Shown: positions 1 through 9,420, counted from the stretch's first letter. The stretch is 18,032 nucleotides of DNA from Octopus sinensis (GCF_006345805.1 NW_021824613.1:1-18032), one strand, 5' to 3'. Notes: generated by a model not told the origin, from the sequence alone. Numbers and translations are program-made.

Positions 1-310
1 AGGGGGAGGCCATCCGAGTCTATCAACTTCCCACACTTGCACAAGTGGGGGGGTCGCAAAGAGAGATTTGGAGTCGTAGACAGGTACCAAATCGAACTGA
101 CTCATCATCCAAAAGTAACCGGCTGAGGATAGTGGGACGGCATTTAACCAGTCCCCTAAGTGTGGTTGGCGGCTGCGTTCAGTGAGGCGAGTTCGATTTG
201 ATTGACGCTTGTTTTTAGGGATTTCATGATTACTTTAAACCGAATGGAATCCCAATTTTTGAGAATGATCCACATGGGTAAAGGCCAGATGCAGTTTAAA
301 CTTCGAAAGC
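1..310 (-). mobile_element. CRE-clade non-LTR retrotransposon fragment (region between RT and zinc knuckle), frameshifted, runs off the window edge
   Basis: Manual minus-strand translation across frameshifts gives KNWDSIRFKVIMKSLKTSVNQIELASLNAAA / PHLGDWLNAVPLSSAG / LLLDDESVRFGTCLRLQISLCDPPTC / KCGKLIDSDGL. This matches the CRE pattern WD...ARLxA..PHSGDWLxAxP...GLxL.....RLG...CxPHxCxCGxxVDxxG. Confidence 0.8.
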
Positions 311-451
311 AGAAGAAAATTCGTCAGTTCAAAATGTTCAGAAGGTTTTTCTAAATTTTCTAAATCAAAAATTCCGAAAACTTTAGTTGATTCTTGTTGT
401 TGTATAATCGTCAATATAGACACAAAAAATGAAAGCGCTCAACAGGAACAG

Positions 452-485
452 GTATGTTTCTCTTTATTGACGATTTTTTAACTAG
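452..485 (+). other. Candidate 34-nt spliceosomal intron
   Basis: AG|GTATGT...TTTTAACTAG has a canonical donor and a branch-like TTAAC next to the acceptor. No intact spliced ORF could be built (TAG three codons after the junction in the best frame). Confidence 0.35.
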
Positions 486-859
486 TTCGAATAGCAACAA
501 ACAAGCAGAATAGCACTGAGTAAAAAGAGCAACACTCCGGCTGGTAAAAAAGATACCAACGGAGAAGAGAATATTTGTCGTTGATCAAACTGTCAATGAA
601 TTGATCACAAAGGCATAGTTGGAAGAAATATATTCCTAGGATGGTATTCATAAAATTATATGTTCATTTTGAATTGAGGCAAAAGTGTCTTTAGAATTAT
701 ATCGACATAGAAATCATTGATTCAGATCAGTGTGTAATGTCTTCGAAATGGAAGTCTATTTGGAAACTCTGACTGGGGGACAAATTTTAGATTCAAATTT
801 AGGTCCTTCGAATATTTATCAACCGCACTTTCTTTGAGATAGAGACGAGCTGAACTTTT

Positions 860-1471
860 AAAATAGTTTCTTACCGTGAATACAACTAAAACTGAAATCA
901 CGGATATCGCACGTATGGGGTCAGAATCGTAGAGAATTGGAGACGTTCAAAAAACTTTGTTCACTCTTTGGAGATAGTGAGAACACAACCCGGAGGAAAG
1001 TACTATCGATGACAGCGTTGAACAGACTAAAAACGGATAGGATGGGTAAAGGCCGGCAACGTTCGCGCTTCGTTTGCGCCTCTACAATGCTTTTGTGTCT
1101 ACTCTTGTTGGGGGACTGAAAACTTCAATTCTTTCCACCGCATGCAAATGCGAATATTATGCGAAGTACATTGGCCGACACGGATCAACAATGAGGCACT
1201 GTACCAAAAGTGCTTAGCGCGACCTGGGATGTGATGGAGCCCCGATAAAGACTGTTTGGACAATCTGGATATAGAGGAATACTTTGCTGCAAGTGAATAA
1301 AAATATCGGGAGAGCCCGCGTATTACACAAACAGAGGTGCTATATGCAGATTTCAAATCAATCAACCGCAGGCTTAAAAGTCACGATGATTTGGATGCAA
1401 TAAGGATTTTAGCATGCAACTAAGGAGGATGGACAAGGATTGCAGAGAAAATCGTTTCAAGTGCCCATTAG
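860..1471 (+). mobile_element. RTE-like LINE, end of RT through C-terminus, degraded
   Basis: Pieces VNTTKTEITDIAR, KKLCSLFGDSENTTRRKVLSMTALNRL, RLYNAFV, NSFHRMQMRILCEVHWPTRINNEALYQKC, AR*RLFG and PRITQTEVLYADF...DDLDAIRILACN*GGW occur in the expected order for RTE-type RT domain 6-7, thumb and C-terminus. Confidence 0.8.
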
Positions 1472-1599
1472 TTATCCTAACTTAATTGAATTTCTAACTA
1501 ATTGTTGTTTGTAGTGAATATTATTTCTTTCATTATTATAAACAAATTAGTTTTTTGGGCTTTGAGAGAAATAATTTTAATTGAATACTATTTTTGAGA

Positions 1600-1790
1600 A
1601 TTGTTATATACGTTCGAACATAAAACTGTGAGTATATATTTTCAAATCAAGATGGAGCTTTTTTGGCCTTGTTACGTTTAAAAAACCCAGCTCTCGCAAA
1701 TATTGTAATGGATCATTTCTTTACATAAACAAATAAAGGATTCCGTGGAAGTCAAAGAGCAACATTGCTGACCATCTTGAATATATAGAT
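1600..1790 (-). mobile_element. Possible hAT C-terminal dimerization-domain remnant
   Basis: Minus strand reads YLRELGF / TIFARAGFF in adjacent frames, resembling TYLCExGFS. It is heavily degraded. Confidence 0.3.
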
Positions 1791-1806
1791 ATATTAATGG
1801 TTTTAC

Positions 1807-2400
1807 ATCAATTAAAAATTTATTGTTAAAACCGAACAAAAATGATTAAAGTAATTATTGTTAGTAAGTTTATTTAGCACCCTAAAACTTAATGAATATA
1901 AAATACATACATAAACGATTACGTCGTCCATGGGTTTTGTAGTTTCAGTAGATTTAAATTTGGTCGTTTCTTTAAAATAGGTCAATTAATGAGGCCAATA
2001 CCAGTTGGATCTGGCTCTTCAAGTTCCCTTATTGCTAAATTAACTGCTGGTGACATTGCATTTAACCCTGAATTACGATGCTTATATTTTATCAATTATT
2101 TTTTTTACTTTCGGAATGATTTTGTTTTTTAACGCTTTAAAGAAATTTAAAGCTATAGATGGTTCTAAGTTATATGTTGAAGTTTGTTTCCCGTTCCAAG
2201 ATCGATTTCAACGTACATTGTACGCACAAGAAAAAACAAAATTGAAAAAATCTAGGTATTAAAAAAGTGAAACACCAAGAAAATCATGTTATTCAAGATT
2301 TTCTATATTTTTTTTTTTTTATTTTATTTTTTCGATTTAAGGTTATATTATTAAAAAAATTTCGCATAAATATTAAAAAATTAAAATATAATAATTTTAT
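1807..2400. repeat. Direct repeat copy A (~600 bp), paired with 5607-6227
   Basis: Long near-identical stretches are visible by eye, e.g. GCACCCTAAAACTTAATGAATATAAAA, TTTAAAATAGGTCAATTAATGAGGCCAATACCAGTTG and GCTATAGATGGTTCTAAGTTATATGTTGAAGTTTGTTTCCCGTT occur in both copies. Confidence 0.95.
1826..2287 (-). CDS. Small secreted/surface-type protein gene with four miniature introns, copy A (one 1-nt deletion from intact; gene or recent pseudogene)
   Basis: ATG at 2287. Introns: 2252-2275 (24 nt, GTG..TAG), 2081-2108 (28 nt, GTA..AAG), 1970-2001 (32 nt, GTA..AAG), 1882-1910 (29 nt, GTATGT..TTTTAG). Splicing plus one A restored at 2194-2195 (present in copy B) gives MIFLIFSILFFLVRTMYVEIDLGNGKQTSTYNLEPSIALNFFKALKNKIIPKHRNSGLNAMSPAVNLAIRELEEPDPTETTKFKSTETTKPMDDVIVYGAK*. 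Whether the end is the TAA at 1870-1872 or the hydrophobic tail ending at 1826 is unresolved. Confidence 0.7.
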
Positions 2401-2554
2401 TATCAGTTTTCATTGCCAATATTAATTCTAAGTTTTAATATAATTACAGCGGCAGCAAAAAATTAGATTATTAAGTTAAAATTTTTAATTTATTCATTTT
2501 ACAATGAAATTATTTTTAATATTTAAATTTCTTTTTTTGATTTATTTTAAAGTA

Positions 2555-2840
2555 ATTTATATTATCCCCCTAAAAAATTGATGGAATAAGCTTGTAGTAT
2601 AATGCAGTTTTATCCAGATTATAGATTTGATTAGTTTATACAATTTAGAAATTTTTTTAAATTCTTGACGAAAAGAATTAATGTCAACTACTTTATCACG
2701 TCGCATCTCTCCGTGTAATTTTAGCATTCTAAAATCCTGCATCTTTTTGAATTTTGCCAGAAATCTTTTAGAATTTTTAAAGTCATTAAGTTCTAACTTT
2801 TCGGCAAAAGCGCAGCCTTACACGATATTAAGGAATTATT
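2555..2840 (-). mobile_element. pogo/Tigger transposase fragment (CENP-B-type HTH to first catalytic D region)
   Basis: FAEKLELNDFKNSKRFLAKFKKMQDFRMLKLHGE...INSFRQEFKKISKLYK, then after a frameshift NQIYNLDKTALYYKLIPS. This matches FKASxGWLxxFKxRH...LHGE and IYNxDETxLxYKxxP. Confidence 0.85.
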
Positions 2841-2853
2841 TAAAAAACCGCCT

Positions 2854-2925
2854 AAAAATTAGTCGGACAAATGCATCATATAATCGTAGACGCATCTTAG
2901 TCGAAATTTGGTTTTCTTCCTTGTG
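2854..2925 (-). mobile_element. Very short RTE-like thumb fragment
   Basis: ENQISTKMRLRLYDAFVRLIF resembles the RLYNAFV motif seen at ~1078 in the RTE-like element. Confidence 0.4.
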
Positions 2926-4019
2926 GTTTATAATATGTGTTTTTTTTATAAAAAGTGAGCCGAGTATAACATTCAAGATAAATTTTGGAAGATATGTGAT
3001 TAAAAATAGTTTATTTACTAGTTAAAAAAATAAATTTAAAAAATTATTTAAAAATTTGTTAATTGCGATTGGTTAGGATGACAATATATTTTAGATCCCG
3101 CTCAAATTCGTCAGGAACAAGTTAAAATAACGTCTTTTCTCTTCAAAAAATTAAGTTACATCTTCGTAATGTTATTCTACAATTTTAAAATCTTGGAAGC
3201 TCAATGTTGTATTAATAGGAATATTGTAGGTCTTATAGTTGATGTTTGATTCTGAGTGCAAATTCTGTTAATGAATTATCAATAAATGTTCAAATACTGA
3301 CAGATTTATTTTATAATAAAATCAATATGCTAGGTGTAGTTTTAAAAAAGTACCACAGTAGAAATAGCATATTACAATACAATGCGATAATTGAGGTTGA
3401 TTTTATTGCGAGAAAATCTCTATTTGAACTAAAATAACAAGAAACGAGACAGATATTTAATTAGTAACTAATAAAAATGATAAAGAAAACAAAAATGTAA
3501 GTAAGTTTACTCACTTAAACAAATAATTCTTATAGAAATTAGAGAAAATGACTAGAAAAAAAGTATGAGACATCATTTTGGTTTGTTGAATCTGGATGAA
3601 ATAAAACATCATATTCAACTGTCAAAAGTGGATTTTATATTTTTATTATATAAATATAACTAGCATGAATAAAACTCAGAAATTCCAGATCTACTAGTAG
3701 TCATTGTTCACAAAATATAATTAAATATGTTTCATTCAATGAAAACAATTCTATTAACGTTGTAGTTAGTTATAAATCTCTTGTGAAAAAATCAAAAAAT
3801 TATCAATTTCCTTACCGATGATAAAAGTTAAAAAACAATGCATTGGAAGATCTTTGTAGGAAAAGATTTTTTTATAATAAAAAGCAAGATCATTTGATAC
3901 TTTGTTTGAGGAAGCAATATTTGCCAATTTCAGTATCACTAAAGCAATGTGATGATTCAAATCACATTGTTGCTGATGCGGCTAATAAAAGATTTTAAGT
4001 CGATCCTGATTGATTGTAA

Positions 4020-4420
4020 TTGGCTGATATATTCAAAAAGTTAAACAAACTTAATATCAAATTGCAATGACACAATATCGACTATATTCATTGCAAAGAA
4101 GCTATTATGTCATTTTAGGGAAAACTTGAACTTTATTGTATTAATATTAAACCGAACGAGTTATCACAATTTCCAAATTTATCAAAATTGCAAAATATTC
4201 TATAGGACGAGGATTTACAAGTTTATATCATCTCAAGAATATATACATCAATTTTAAACACAATATAGAGATTTTTCAATTGCATTATCTCGCTATCAAT
4301 TATTGATTCATTATTATGATATTTTATACAGTTGAGATCTAGATCCTAGAAGAGACATAGATTTGCAATCTGACATCATGGCAATTCAAGGTTTTGAAAA
4401 ACATTAAAAAATGTTTGTAT
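4020..4420 (+). mobile_element. hAT (Buster/SCAND3-type) transposase fragment, C-terminal half
   Basis: LADIFKKLNKLNIKLQ*HNIDYIHCKEAIMSF*GKLELYCINIKPNELSQFPNL...DEDLQVY / HLKNIY / DLQSD matches YLxDIFxKLNxLNLxLQG...FxxKLxL...FPxL...HL. Confidence 0.85.
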
Positions 4421-4429
4421 ACACACTGA

Positions 4430-4640
4430 TTCACCAAACAACAAACTCCTCGTATCACTTCGTTTCTGAGGAGGATACTGCTCAAAAAACCATTTTCTTT
4501 ATTCGTTAGGATTTTCTATGACAGGCAAAGAATCAAAGTTCATGAACTCATTTTGTATCGGCATGTCGTGAGGAAAGTCCAATTCTGTTACAGCATAAAG
4601 GGAGTGGTAGCCAAACTTATTGAGCTGTACACCGCAGCGG
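4430..4640 (-). mobile_element. CRE-clade fragment, CCHC zinc knuckle region
   Basis: SRCGVQLNKFGYHS / LCCNRIGLSSRHAD / NEF...SLPVIENP across frameshifts resembles CxCGxxxDxxGxHxLSC....GRxxRHxxxN...EP. Confidence 0.55.
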
Positions 4641-4752
4641 CTAAAATTTTTAATTTATTTTTATCTTTATTTAAATATTTTTCTCCTTATTAATATCAAA
4701 TATTTTTCTCCTCCTTTTTATCGATATTTAAATATTTTTCTTTTTATTACTC

Positions 4753-5095
4753 AGATAAAACGGAGCTTACAATGTTTACGCATACTGATCAAAGACCCGA
4801 AAATCACGGAGAAGGCAAAAGAAAGTGGGCTCGCTTCTAGGAAACTCTGAAAATGATATTCACAGGAAAATCTTCGCTATTAAGTGCATTGAAAATAACA
4901 TTGGTTATATGGAGTCACAAGAAGAAAATAAGACTAAATAACAGGTTCGGGAAATATAAAGCTCTTGTCATTCCTGTTCTTAATTATAACTCTGGCAGGT
5001 GGGAAATCTCTAAATACACAATGGACAGTTTTTCTTTATTATCTATGCCAGATTTAGTCGAGACTTCCTTTCTAGGATGTTCTATCTGACTACGC
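4753..5095 (+). mobile_element. RTE-like LINE fragment (RT domain 7 and thumb), same family as 860-1471
   Basis: DKTELT, KKVGSLLGNSENDIHRK, and ORF 4853..5089 IWSHKKKIRLNNRFGKYKALVIPVLNYNSGRW. Confidence 0.8.
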
Positions 5096-5112
5096 CGCTA
5101 ATGTTATTTATA

Positions 5113-5136
5113 ACCTTAGGTGTGACCTTAGGTGTG
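5113..5136. repeat. Exact 12-bp tandem duplication
   Basis: ACCTTAGGTGTG occurs twice back to back. Confidence 0.9.
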
Positions 5137-5169
5137 TAAAAGAATCACTTACAACGAATTGTCTTCTTC

Positions 5170-5440
5170 CAGAAAAAAATATTTTTGACTAACAGCCGAG
5201 AAGTTTAGAAAAGTAAGAATAAAAATGGTTCCGCATGTCGCGTCCCAAACAAGCAAATTTCCACATTTGAAGGGAAAGATCGTCATTTCATCTGAGAATT
5301 TCCCGCCTTCGCAATCAAGCCCAACAGATTCAAACATTAGCCGCATCGTATACTCTTTTAGAGATTTCATTAGAAACTTTCAGCACTGTAATTGCAGGAG
5401 ACGGGATGAAGATAATGTAGCTGTTCCGAGACAATAAAAT
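5170..5440 (-). mobile_element. CRE-clade RLE endonuclease fragment
   Basis: NEISKRVYDAANV, then FESVGLDCEGGKFSDEMTIFPFKCGNLLVWDATC, equivalent to NDIIKRAL..AG...EPxGLDRxDGKRPDGxTxFPxxxGKxLVWDATC. Confidence 0.8.
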
Positions 5441-5606
5441 GTTTAGTATAATAACTATTTTTTGTATTTAGATAATTGACCCTAACGATCCGAACATTAA
5501 CAATAGATAAACTAAAAATCACTATTAGTTTTCAAATTTTTTGAAAATGTTCAAAATTCAAAATTGTTCCAATTTCTCGATTTGCTAAAATTTTGTCTTA
5601 TTTTTA

Positions 5607-6227
5607 ATCAATTAATAATTATTAAAGCCGAACAAGACTGGTTAAAATAAATATTGTAGTAAATTTATTTAAGCACCCTAAAACTTAATGAATATAAAAC
5701 ACATACATTAAGGATGAAGTTGCCAAAATATTTTGTAATGTCAAATGTAAAATCAATTAATGACGACAAATATTATTCTTTGTGAATTTAGATTTGGTCG
5801 TCTCTTTAAAATAGGTCAATTAATGAGGCCAATACCAGTTGAATTTAAATTTTCAATTTTCCTTATTGCTATATCAACTGCTGGTGACATTGCATTTAAC
5901 CCTGAATTACGATGTTATTTTATCAGTTATTTTTTTACTTTCGGAATGATTGTTTTTCAACGCTTTAAAGAAATTCAAAGCTATAGATGGTTCTAAGTTA
6001 TATGTTGAAGTTTGTTTCCCGTTTCCAAGATCGATTTCAACGTACATTGTACGCACAAGAAAAAATAGAATTGAAGAAATCTAAGTGTTAAAAAAGTGAA
6101 ACACCAAGAAAATCATGGTATAAATTATTCAAGATTGTTCTATATTTTATTTATTTTTTCGATTTAAGGTTATATTATTAAAAAAATTTCGCATAATTAT
6201 TAAAAAATTAAAATATAATAATTTTAT
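5607..6227. repeat. Direct repeat copy B (~620 bp), paired with 1807-2400
   Basis: Same shared blocks as copy A. It has a longer, diverged segment at ~5707-5790. Confidence 0.95.
5622..6116 (-). pseudogene. Paralogue (copy B) of the miniature-intron surface-protein gene, disrupted
   Basis: ATG at 6116. Introns 6081-6104 (24 nt), 5804-5835 (32 nt, identical to copy A) and 5678-5706 (29 nt) are intact. Intron 2 (5915-5938) keeps its GT but has lost the AG. There is a 2-nt deletion at 5950-5951, and exon 4 is 97 nt versus 59 nt and out of frame. Confidence 0.7.
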
Positions 6228-6268
6228 AAATTACAAAATTGTGGCCAATTTAAAAATTACCCAAGACA

Positions 6269-6519
6269 GTCACTAACCCAGGTTCCGCCAGTGACAAAAA
6301 TTAGATTCATCCAACCTGGATGAAAAAAATCACGTGCAGGAGTACATGAATTAGACATGGTTTTCCACCAATAGTACAAGAACAAAGGCTGTCAAGTAAT
6401 CAGATGTGACTGAAAAAATGATTAAAAAATTATCCCACATAACACCTGCAGGAGTAATGTATTAGACATTAAAAAAATTATCAGACGGGGCTCCACTGCT
6501 GGTTCAGACGGGGCTCCTG
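6269..6519. repeat. Patch of short hairpins and direct repeats
   Basis: GTCACT/AGTGAC inverted pair at 6269-6295. Perfect 8-bp stem TTCATCCA-acc-TGGATGAA at 6306-6324. Imperfect direct repeat CAC(G/C)TGCAGGAGTA...ATTAGACAT at ~6331 and ~6443. TCAGACGGGGCTCC twice (6481, 6504). Confidence 0.75.
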
Positions 6520-6589
6520 GATTTTCGACTGTATAACACAGCTAGTGGCTATACTTTTAGAAAACTCGCAAACATTGTTTGATTTTGTT

Positions 6590-6830
6590 TCTTAAATCAT
6601 ACTAATCTTTCAGAAACACCAGCGGCGAATAAGCTATATTTATAAACTTTAGAGTGTTAAGTTCAGAATACTTTACGGTGAGTACTTGCATCTTATAATA
6701 ATCATGTCTAATAAATCTCGTTTGAAGCTTCTTGATAGAAACTTTCACCATAAGAGGATTAAATGATGAACTTAGTACCTGGGGATTTACAAAAAAATCA
6801 TATTTGTCGCTGGATTCTTTCAAAAAAATC
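6590..6830 (-). mobile_element. Possible hAT dimerization-domain remnant
   Basis: KYSELNTL followed by a shifted frame FAAGVSERL resembles YPxLxxxA...PxxSxxxERxFS. Weak. Confidence 0.25.
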
Positions 6831-6999
6831 AGTTAGGAAGAATCATTGGCATATATTGGCCACACAAAATATCCAATGAAAGTCTTTATAAAATGTGCAT
6901 TTTGCGGCCTATAAATATTGATCTGCTGAAAAGCCGTTGGGGGCTTTTTGGAAACATTACAAGATTCTTTAAATTGAAAGACTAATTATTTATCAATTG

Positions 7000-7610
7000 A
7001 ACTAATAAATGCGTCCTCTTACTCGATTCTCCTCCTCTTTGAGCTAAAACCAATCTCTTCGATGGGCACACTCATCTCACAGGGTTGGCCTCTTCTGTGG
7101 TCGTTCTCAAGTTCGACTCAATGGCCTCACTTGGCAGAGCCTCTTCCGTTGTTCCATTTGTAAAACGAGTCGTTTGGCATTCTTATGCCGGGATCATTCC
7201 AAATTTGTGTTCTACACGCATACTCTTCAATGTTTTTCTGATAACCACCGACTGAATGTAAGCTCGTGTAAGTTCTTCCAAACCAATAGTATCGCAGTTA
7301 TGTTTATAGTATTTACTCACAACACCATCCCACGTTAGTACCAATGGTACTATGGTTACCTTGGCTTTGTGGATTAATCCCAGTTCACTGGCAAGCAGGT
7401 CGTACTTGTAGAGCTTTTCCACTTCGACTTGCTTCAATTTTTTTTGAGAGGTGATTCCAATCTCTATAAGCGTGATTATGTCCTCATTTTGTCAAGTACA
7501 AAAATATCCGACTTGTTATTCTCAACCTTCGTATCCGTATTAATTGTGTGAGATTCTTCAATAGATTATTTGACCATTACCTCTTTGGTTTTTTCATAAA
7601 ATACTTGTTA
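7000..7610 (-). mobile_element. R2/R4-like non-LTR retrotransposon, RLE endonuclease and C-terminal tail
   Basis: INTDTKVENNKSDIFVLDK / IITLIEIGITSQKKL KQVEVEKLYKYDLLASELGLIHKAKVTIVPLVLTWDGVVSKYYK...YIQSVVIRKT, showing the (P)D..(D/E)xK-type RLE and the KYDLLxxEL / TWDG motifs. Confidence 0.85.
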
Positions 7611-8110
7611 ATACAGGAACCACTGCTGGTCTAAAGAATGTACTATGAAAATAATAAAATCCTTTATAGCCTACAAATGTGGATTTTTGTAATCCCCGAA
7701 AGAGCATTATGATAATGATGTCAACAAAATTATAATCGGAATTGTGGATAGACCGAAACCTAGTCTAGTTGAATTTGAACAAACTGACAATATTTAATGT
7801 TAATTATTTTATTTTTTAAATGTTCTTAATTTATCAAATTAAATACAATATATTTTTCACGTGTTTGTGTTGTTTATTTTTGTTGTTAGTTTTTATTTTA
7901 TTCTTTTTTGCTATCAATGTTTTATTTTCATAATATTTTTGTTTTTTATTTGTTTGAAGATTAATTAAATTGACTGCTTGTAAAATATCCTTGATAAAGG
8001 TTTATTTTGCAAGTGAATTTGTATTCATTTTATTAATCTCCATTCATATGGATTTGTTTTAATTCGATTTATTTATTTCTATTATTTTTATTTCAGTTAT
8101 TTTTCACCAT

Positions 8111-8139
8111 GTAAGTCCTTCGATTCCTTGGTTGCTCAG
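8111..8139 (+). other. Candidate 29-nt spliceosomal intron
   Basis: AT|GTAAGT...GCTCAG|A. Splicing joins an upstream hydrophobic open frame (from 8037) to the frame of ORF 8132..8374. Confidence 0.4.
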
Positions 8140-8284
8140 ATTTATCGAACGATTATTTCATTTATTATTTGTTCCGAATTATTATTTTCTTATTCGATTA
8201 TTGGTAATCTACAATTTTATTCAATGCTTTATATCTTATTCTAATTCTATTATTAATAAAGAAAGGACAAGAGAAAAATCATCA

Positions 8285-9420
8285 TTGGCAGATAGCCAGT
8301 GTGTTGCCTCTGACTATGGCTATAGAATCTATATCTATAGTATAGATATTCGTTCGGTTAAATACCGGTGCTAACTCGGGTCGCCGTTAACCATTTCGAT
8401 TAATGAGCCAATCCGCTGGAGTAGGGTCCGAGTAGAAGGCCCCTGTATTCCTGACGTCTCAACAGTCAGGGGGACAAACACTCTGTTATTCCCAATTCCA
8501 GCGTATTTCTCACTTTCTCTTTCTCTTCTCACCCGTTCAGACGGGGCTCCTGAATTTTTGATACATAACTTGATATTCTGATTGGAAAAGGATTTCACGC
8601 ACGTGACGTCCCAAACCAGACACTTTCCCCTCTGAAATGGAAATGTGGTCATCCCATCGGGTCTTCTGCCGTCCTCTACGAAAATCCCTCAATGTATAAA
8701 TCTCGGAGAGCATTCAAATTTCGGAGGAAATCTCCATCTCCAGGCCTCAGAAAAGGAGCGATCCCATGTAGTAAGCCCACCCGAAAAAGCACTGTCCAGG
8801 CAAGATCCGAAAGGTTTGAGTAGGATCTCAGAGGCCAGGTTGTTGCACATCGAAAGGGAGGATAGATATGCCAGAAGTGCCAAATCGGATGCAGTACGGA
8901 TTCCCGCACCTCTGAATCTCAGTGGTAGCGAGCATTGGGCCCATCCCGGAGCATCGAAATGGACGTTGAGGATGGATTCAGCAGCTTTTTTCAGAATGGC
9001 GTTGTATGGAAGGAGTAGATCCATTTGCAAGATACAGGGATTGCTTCTGAGGGTGAAGATAAGTTTCGGCAGATGGATGCTGTTCTTCCGGAGGAAAAAG
9101 GCAGTGTGCGAGTCCAAGATAGAAAGATTTGTTGAAAGTCTTTGGAAGTGTTCGGCTTTGGCAGAAAGCATGCATTGGAGCTTTGTGTCGGACAGGGATC
9201 CACCGAGAAAGGTGACGTTATCGATTGGGGTAACGTTGGCGCCAGGCAGGGTTGCTCTGAGGCGGGCCACAGCGGATTGGAAGTCGGCCTCCGAACAGGA
9301 GACATTGATGATCTCGGTCTTAGGATAAATGGAGAAAAGAATCTGCAACTTCTTCAAAAAAACACTTTCTAGTTTTTCTGTCTATTCCACCAAATGGCCT
9401 GGTCGCCAATGACCTCGATG
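8285..9420 (-). mobile_element. CRE-clade non-LTR retrotransposon, 3' part (end of RT, thumb, RLE, C-terminus) with internal deletion
   Basis: PKTEII, TFLGGSL, HTAFFLRKNSIHLPKLIFTLRSNP, GWAQCSLPLRFRGAGIRTASDLALLAYLSSL, then DGRRPDGMTTFPFQRGKCLVWDVTC...EKY...FVPLTVETSG...GDP, RYLTERISI / SIAIVRGN. The GDWL and CCHC segment is missing between ~8750 and ~8680. Confidence 0.9.

Noticed and set aside
122-165. Hammerhead ribozyme (CTGAGGA followed by a stem)
   Set aside because: No GAAA follows the stem, and the segment is explained as the antisense of CRE coding sequence.
560-830. piggyBac remnant (ENIC.VDQ, KYIP, MEVYLE)
   Set aside because: The motif-like strings give mutually inconsistent spacing and need several frameshifts, and MEVYLE could equally belong to the adjacent RTE-like element.
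2050-2262. Plus-strand ORFs 2050..2262 and 5760..5996 as the products of the repeat
   Set aside because: The two ORFs do not correspond between copies. The synonymous changes and splice signals support the minus-strand spliced frame instead.
2681-3025. 114-aa plus-strand ORF
   Set aside because: Antisense to the pogo and RTE fragments, with no independent motif.
5113-5136. Telomeric TTAGG seed
   Set aside because: Only two TTAGG instances within a 12-bp tandem duplication, with no array.
5137-5150. 3' TIR of the hAT starting at 14407 (AAGAATCACTT), also considered GACACTG near 17770
   Set aside because: The first lies upstream of the 5' end and cannot close that copy. Neither is followed by the AGCTACAT target duplication.
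8645-9328. Longest plus-strand ORF (227 aa) as a novel gene
   Set aside because: It is the antisense shadow of the GC-rich CRE coding region, whose conserved motifs are all on the minus strand.
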